Shown one piece after another: positions 60,801-64,000 of a stretch of 64,000 bases of DNA. Made by a program: the position numbers and the translations under genes. Each line of letters opens with the position of its first letter. Positions within the stretch are counted from its first letter, which is position 1. Under the pieces are notes generated by a model that was not told where the DNA came from, made no database searches, and saw nothing but the letters and a program-made list of their open reading frames with translations. This DNA comes from Lytechinus pictus (Eukaryota). The stretch lies in contig NC_087246.1 of NCBI RefSeq assembly GCF_037042905.1, forward strand, positions 2,544,001 through 2,608,000, in the 5' to 3' direction.

Positions 60801-62839
60801 GATGAAAATTTTAGTGTTATGCTTGTTAGATTTTTCAATTTTTATTCAAATCAAAATTTTGTTGGGGTGGACTTGTCCTTTAATTATGAACAGCATGGAA
60901 TTTTATGCGTTTGCGAAGCTAGAGCTGAAATTTTTGATATTCCGACCTAAGAACTTGATATTCTAAGCAATTTTTGTAACCGTTAACAAATTGGTTTCTA
61001 ATGATATATTTTTGATTTTTTATATTCCGTCCGGAAAACCGGACACTCTAAACACTTCATTTAACTATGAACAGGATGGAGATACCTAAACAGTTATATG
61101 TGAGCACGAAGTGCGAGCTGAAATTTTTGATATTCCGGCCTAAGAACTGGATATTATAAGCACTTTTTGTAACCGTGAACAAATTGGTTTCTTACTAATC
61201 AATTGACGCGAGCGCAAATTGTGAGCTGAAAATTTTTGATATTTTAACCTGAAAACTAGACATTTATTTTAGGTATCCAACTAAAAAATTGATGCGAGCG
61301 CTTAGCGCGAGCGAAATTTTTATTGTTTTAATTGCATTACCTACAAGTTGTTCTGTACTTTTTCCTGTCCCTGGTCAGCCCAGTCCGTACTCACTATCGG
61401 TACAGAGAGCTCTAAAAGTCGCATTGCATAAAAATCACAATTTACCGATAAAAGTGTACAGTTTAATTGACATTTACCGACAAAGATGGTGGAACTAAAA
61501 ACCAATTCAGTTGGAACAGCCCCATGTGCCTGACAGTTTATAATTTTTTCCGACAGTCTGCAGTCCAGTTTTTGTTTTCCCCTTTTTCTTAAACTCTTTC
61601 TTCTTTTTCCCCTTCCCCTTTTTTTTATCTTTCCTTTTTCCTCTTCTTTTATCTTTCCCTTTTTTCGCTTCCTTTTTTTTTTTGCTTGTGACTCGTCAGG
61701 GGGGCAGTCTGCCCCCCTGCCCCCCCCCCCCTTAGGTACGCTAGTGCCCACAAAGTATTGTATTATAAGTGGATAATAAATTCAATGACCAATAAAGCTG
61801 TCGCGATTTTTTTTTAAATATGATAATCAATTCAATCATAATGTAATTACATAAAATGTACAAATGCATTTAGGTGTCAGTATACAAATTCACATAGGCC
61901 TATTTTTTCTCACTCTTTTATTGTTCATTCTTGAAAAGTCATTCAAATACAATCTCTTTGAAGATGATAATTTGCAATCGAAATTGCTGGGAATAGGGGA
62001 TGTGCAAGAGTCCTCCCTTCCCTTTACGAGCAGCCAATAAATTGATCATTGATACAATTATTTTTGGTCTGAAACCTATCAACATTTCAGGTAAAGGAAC
62101 TAGTTCTCACCCTTGCTCCAATCTGTACCAAGGCAAAGGACCTCTGTCCGAAATGGAAGTCGAAGCTGTGGTCGAATTTCTCCGCGATAAGAAGGATAAA
62201 GGCCAAGATTTCGTTTGGTTTATCGACTGGCACAGTTATGCCCAGTATATCATTACACCGTGGTCATACTCTACTGATGCACCAGATCCTCCTAACCTCC
62301 AGAACATGGTAAGTCGATCGTACAGTAACTCCCACTTCCCTTGTCTTTCAACCCCCTTTGTCTTGCCATACTATATACTATAGGACTTTGGGGAGGCCAC
62401 AAAACTTATTATTCTCAGTATATGCCTACTAAAATGAACATTATCTTTTGCCGAATAATAATTAATTTGGAATTTGGAATTCCCATGCAGTGGCATAACC
62501 AAAATTTCGTTCTACGATGGTTTTGAGCCATTCCTATTTTGCTTAGACATGGATTTTTGTTTTTTATATTATTCACGCATTTACAATTTTAATCAAAGAT
62601 TAAATCTAAATAAAGTGTGGATTGAATTGAATTAAATAATTGCAAAAGGGCGAGTCCGCAAATACTTAGGCTGAAAAGACAGATAATGAAATATGATGGT
62701 TTTCTGCACAGCGCATTGAATTGTATCTCTGTCATCTTCGTTTCTCATTAGTTGGAGGCAGGACAGGTAATGGCAGATGCAATAGCTAGCTACAAGAGCA
62801 ATACTTTCTATGAAGTAGGGACCACAGCTGAGTTATTAT
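53943..62839 (+). CDS. carboxypeptidase A/B-like (M14A zinc metallocarboxypeptidase) preproenzyme, 9 exons visible, 3' end beyond window
   Basis: Exons 53943-54007, 54432-54513, 55016-55252, 56431-56535, 57615-57725, 58256-58369, 58951-59050, 62091-62308, 62752-62839. Signal peptide [16 protein letters not shown], pro-domain (HQVLRV, IDFW, VDVMI), zinc motif [33 protein letters not shown]. The exon(s) with residues 255 and E270 are not in the window. Confidence 0.93.
57762..58033. mobile_element. hAT-like MITE
   Basis: CAAGGGCGGAAATC..GATTTCCGCCCATG, TSD TGTTCAAA/TGTTCAAG; shares TTTGACAAGCAAAA with 26151-26367. Confidence 0.8.
58735..58865. repeat. (TAG)n microsatellite
   Basis: AGTAGTAGT run; source of the poly-Tyr antisense ORF. 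Confidence 0.9.
59172..61746. mobile_element. 2.6-kb non-autonomous hAT-like element with internal tandem array of about 90-110 bp units
   Basis: Perfect 8-bp TSD CCCACAAA (59164-59171, 61747-61754); termini CAGTGGCGTACCT..AGGTACGCTAGTG; repeated GCGAGCGCGAAGCGCGAGCTGAAATTTTTGATATTCCGACCT units. Confidence 0.88.
60280..60879 (+). mobile_element. Kolobok-like MITE nested in the hAT-like element
   Basis: TTAA|AGGTCAAGTCCACC..GGTGGACTTGTCCT|TTAA; the empty site matches the host unit CACTTCATTTAACTATGAACAG at about 61053. Confidence 0.88.
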
Positions 62840-63179
62840 GTGAGTATTAATCTATGAATTCTTTACCGTACTTAGTACTCACACGCACTCAAGACCAACA
62901 CGCTTACTACACCAGACCGATCTTTCGTGAACCCTTCGACGAACTGCTTATAGTCACTGAATGATGATGTGGCGGGAGAAATCCCAATGTCCGTGGGACT
63001 TGTAAGGTCATCCATCAAAATAAGATATCACATGTTAGATCGTTGGTTAAGGCTTATAAATATTTTTAGAACAATCGTCTTCGTCAGTAAACACGTTAAT
63101 GTGTGGTCTTGATTATAACGAGTGTCCACCGATGATCATCATGACTTGCTTAAAACCATTCTTGGTAAGAGGCCTTAGA

Positions 63180-64000
63180 ATCAGTCAAAGTCTTTCAATG
63201 ACATACCTATGAGGTCCCCATTCCACTGAACGGAAACCACCGAAAGACCGAATATCGGCAAAGCCTTTCAGCAGTATCCAAGATCACTAAAATTATGTGA
63301 AATGGCTCTCAAATCCACACACGAAAGGCGATCCTTGCAAAGACTGAAAATCGAAATTCCAGCAAGATCACATTATGACCATTAACATTAAGGCATTTGA
63401 ATTTGACGGACAGATCATTAAAACTATTGAGAAATCAATGGAAGAACTAGTAGGTCCGTGATCGGACTTACTGCCAGAGACTTTTTAAAAGATCAGTCAG
63501 GATGACTGCCGGAAAGACTGACAGAGACCGCTGGAAGAATAATGAAAAACTAACCAAGATCGCCTTAAGGATCTCTTAAAAACTGATTGATACTTCATAT
63601 CGTGCTGAACTTAGTCTAGCCCTATACAGTGGTTTTTCAACAACTGTTTATGTCAATATTATTTAAATGGTCTTTCAGACATTTTTTAATGCAATAAAAT
63701 GATCTTTCGGCAAGAATTTCACTGGTCTTTCAATGACCTATTTAGGGATCACTCAGCAGTCTTTCGGTAATCTCAGCAAAAAAAATGAGAGACTGCCGAA
63801 AGATAATGGAAAGAATAAACAAAACATTTGAACATAATTGAGAAACCCTAGAAGACCAATGAAAGATATTTTTCCTGAAAAAGACTATTGTGTAAACTTT
63901 TTCAAAAGATAGAGCCCATGGATACAAAGACCACTGACATAATTTATCTATCAGGAATTGTTAAAGACCTCAGAGATCTTTGAAAGTTCATTGTGAAAGA
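63180..64000. repeat. uncharacterised repeat rich in GAAAGACTG/CAGTCTTTC motifs
   Basis: Recurrent AAAGAC/GTCTTT motifs on both strands; GTCTTTCAATGAC at about 63190 and 63726; termini not identified. Confidence 0.4.

Overview
AT-rich eukaryotic (invertebrate, probably echinoderm/sea-urchin-like, inferred only from repeat style) genomic DNA with three intron-rich + strand genes, which I spliced by hand using GT..AG boundaries and frame continuity: (1) GUCD1, 8 coding exons, 11422-24375, 229 aa; (2) peroxisomal acyl-CoA oxidase 3 (ACOX3), 15 coding exons, 27095-48212, 741 aa ending in PTS1 AKL; (3) a secreted M14A carboxypeptidase A/B-type pre-pro-enzyme, 9 exons from 53943, continuing past the window end. 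Introns and intergenic DNA hold many, often nested, mobile elements: CR1/L2-group LINEs (one with an uninterrupted 2.5 kb ORF2), tRNA-head SINEs, Helentron-associated (HINE/DINE-like) elements with internal satellites, and MITEs with hAT-, Kolobok-, Tc1/pogo-, Harbinger- and MULE-like termini and TSDs. The most unusual signal is a strong excess of palindromic TA-xxxx-TA micro-motifs (TACATGTA; TAGGCCTA/TAGATCTA near the ACOX3 promoter). Paralogous repeat copies in the window show these were inserted at TA sites, like transposon excision footprints, and they partition with CpG-depleted versus CpG-rich domains. Counts and identities are by eye; no database searches were run.
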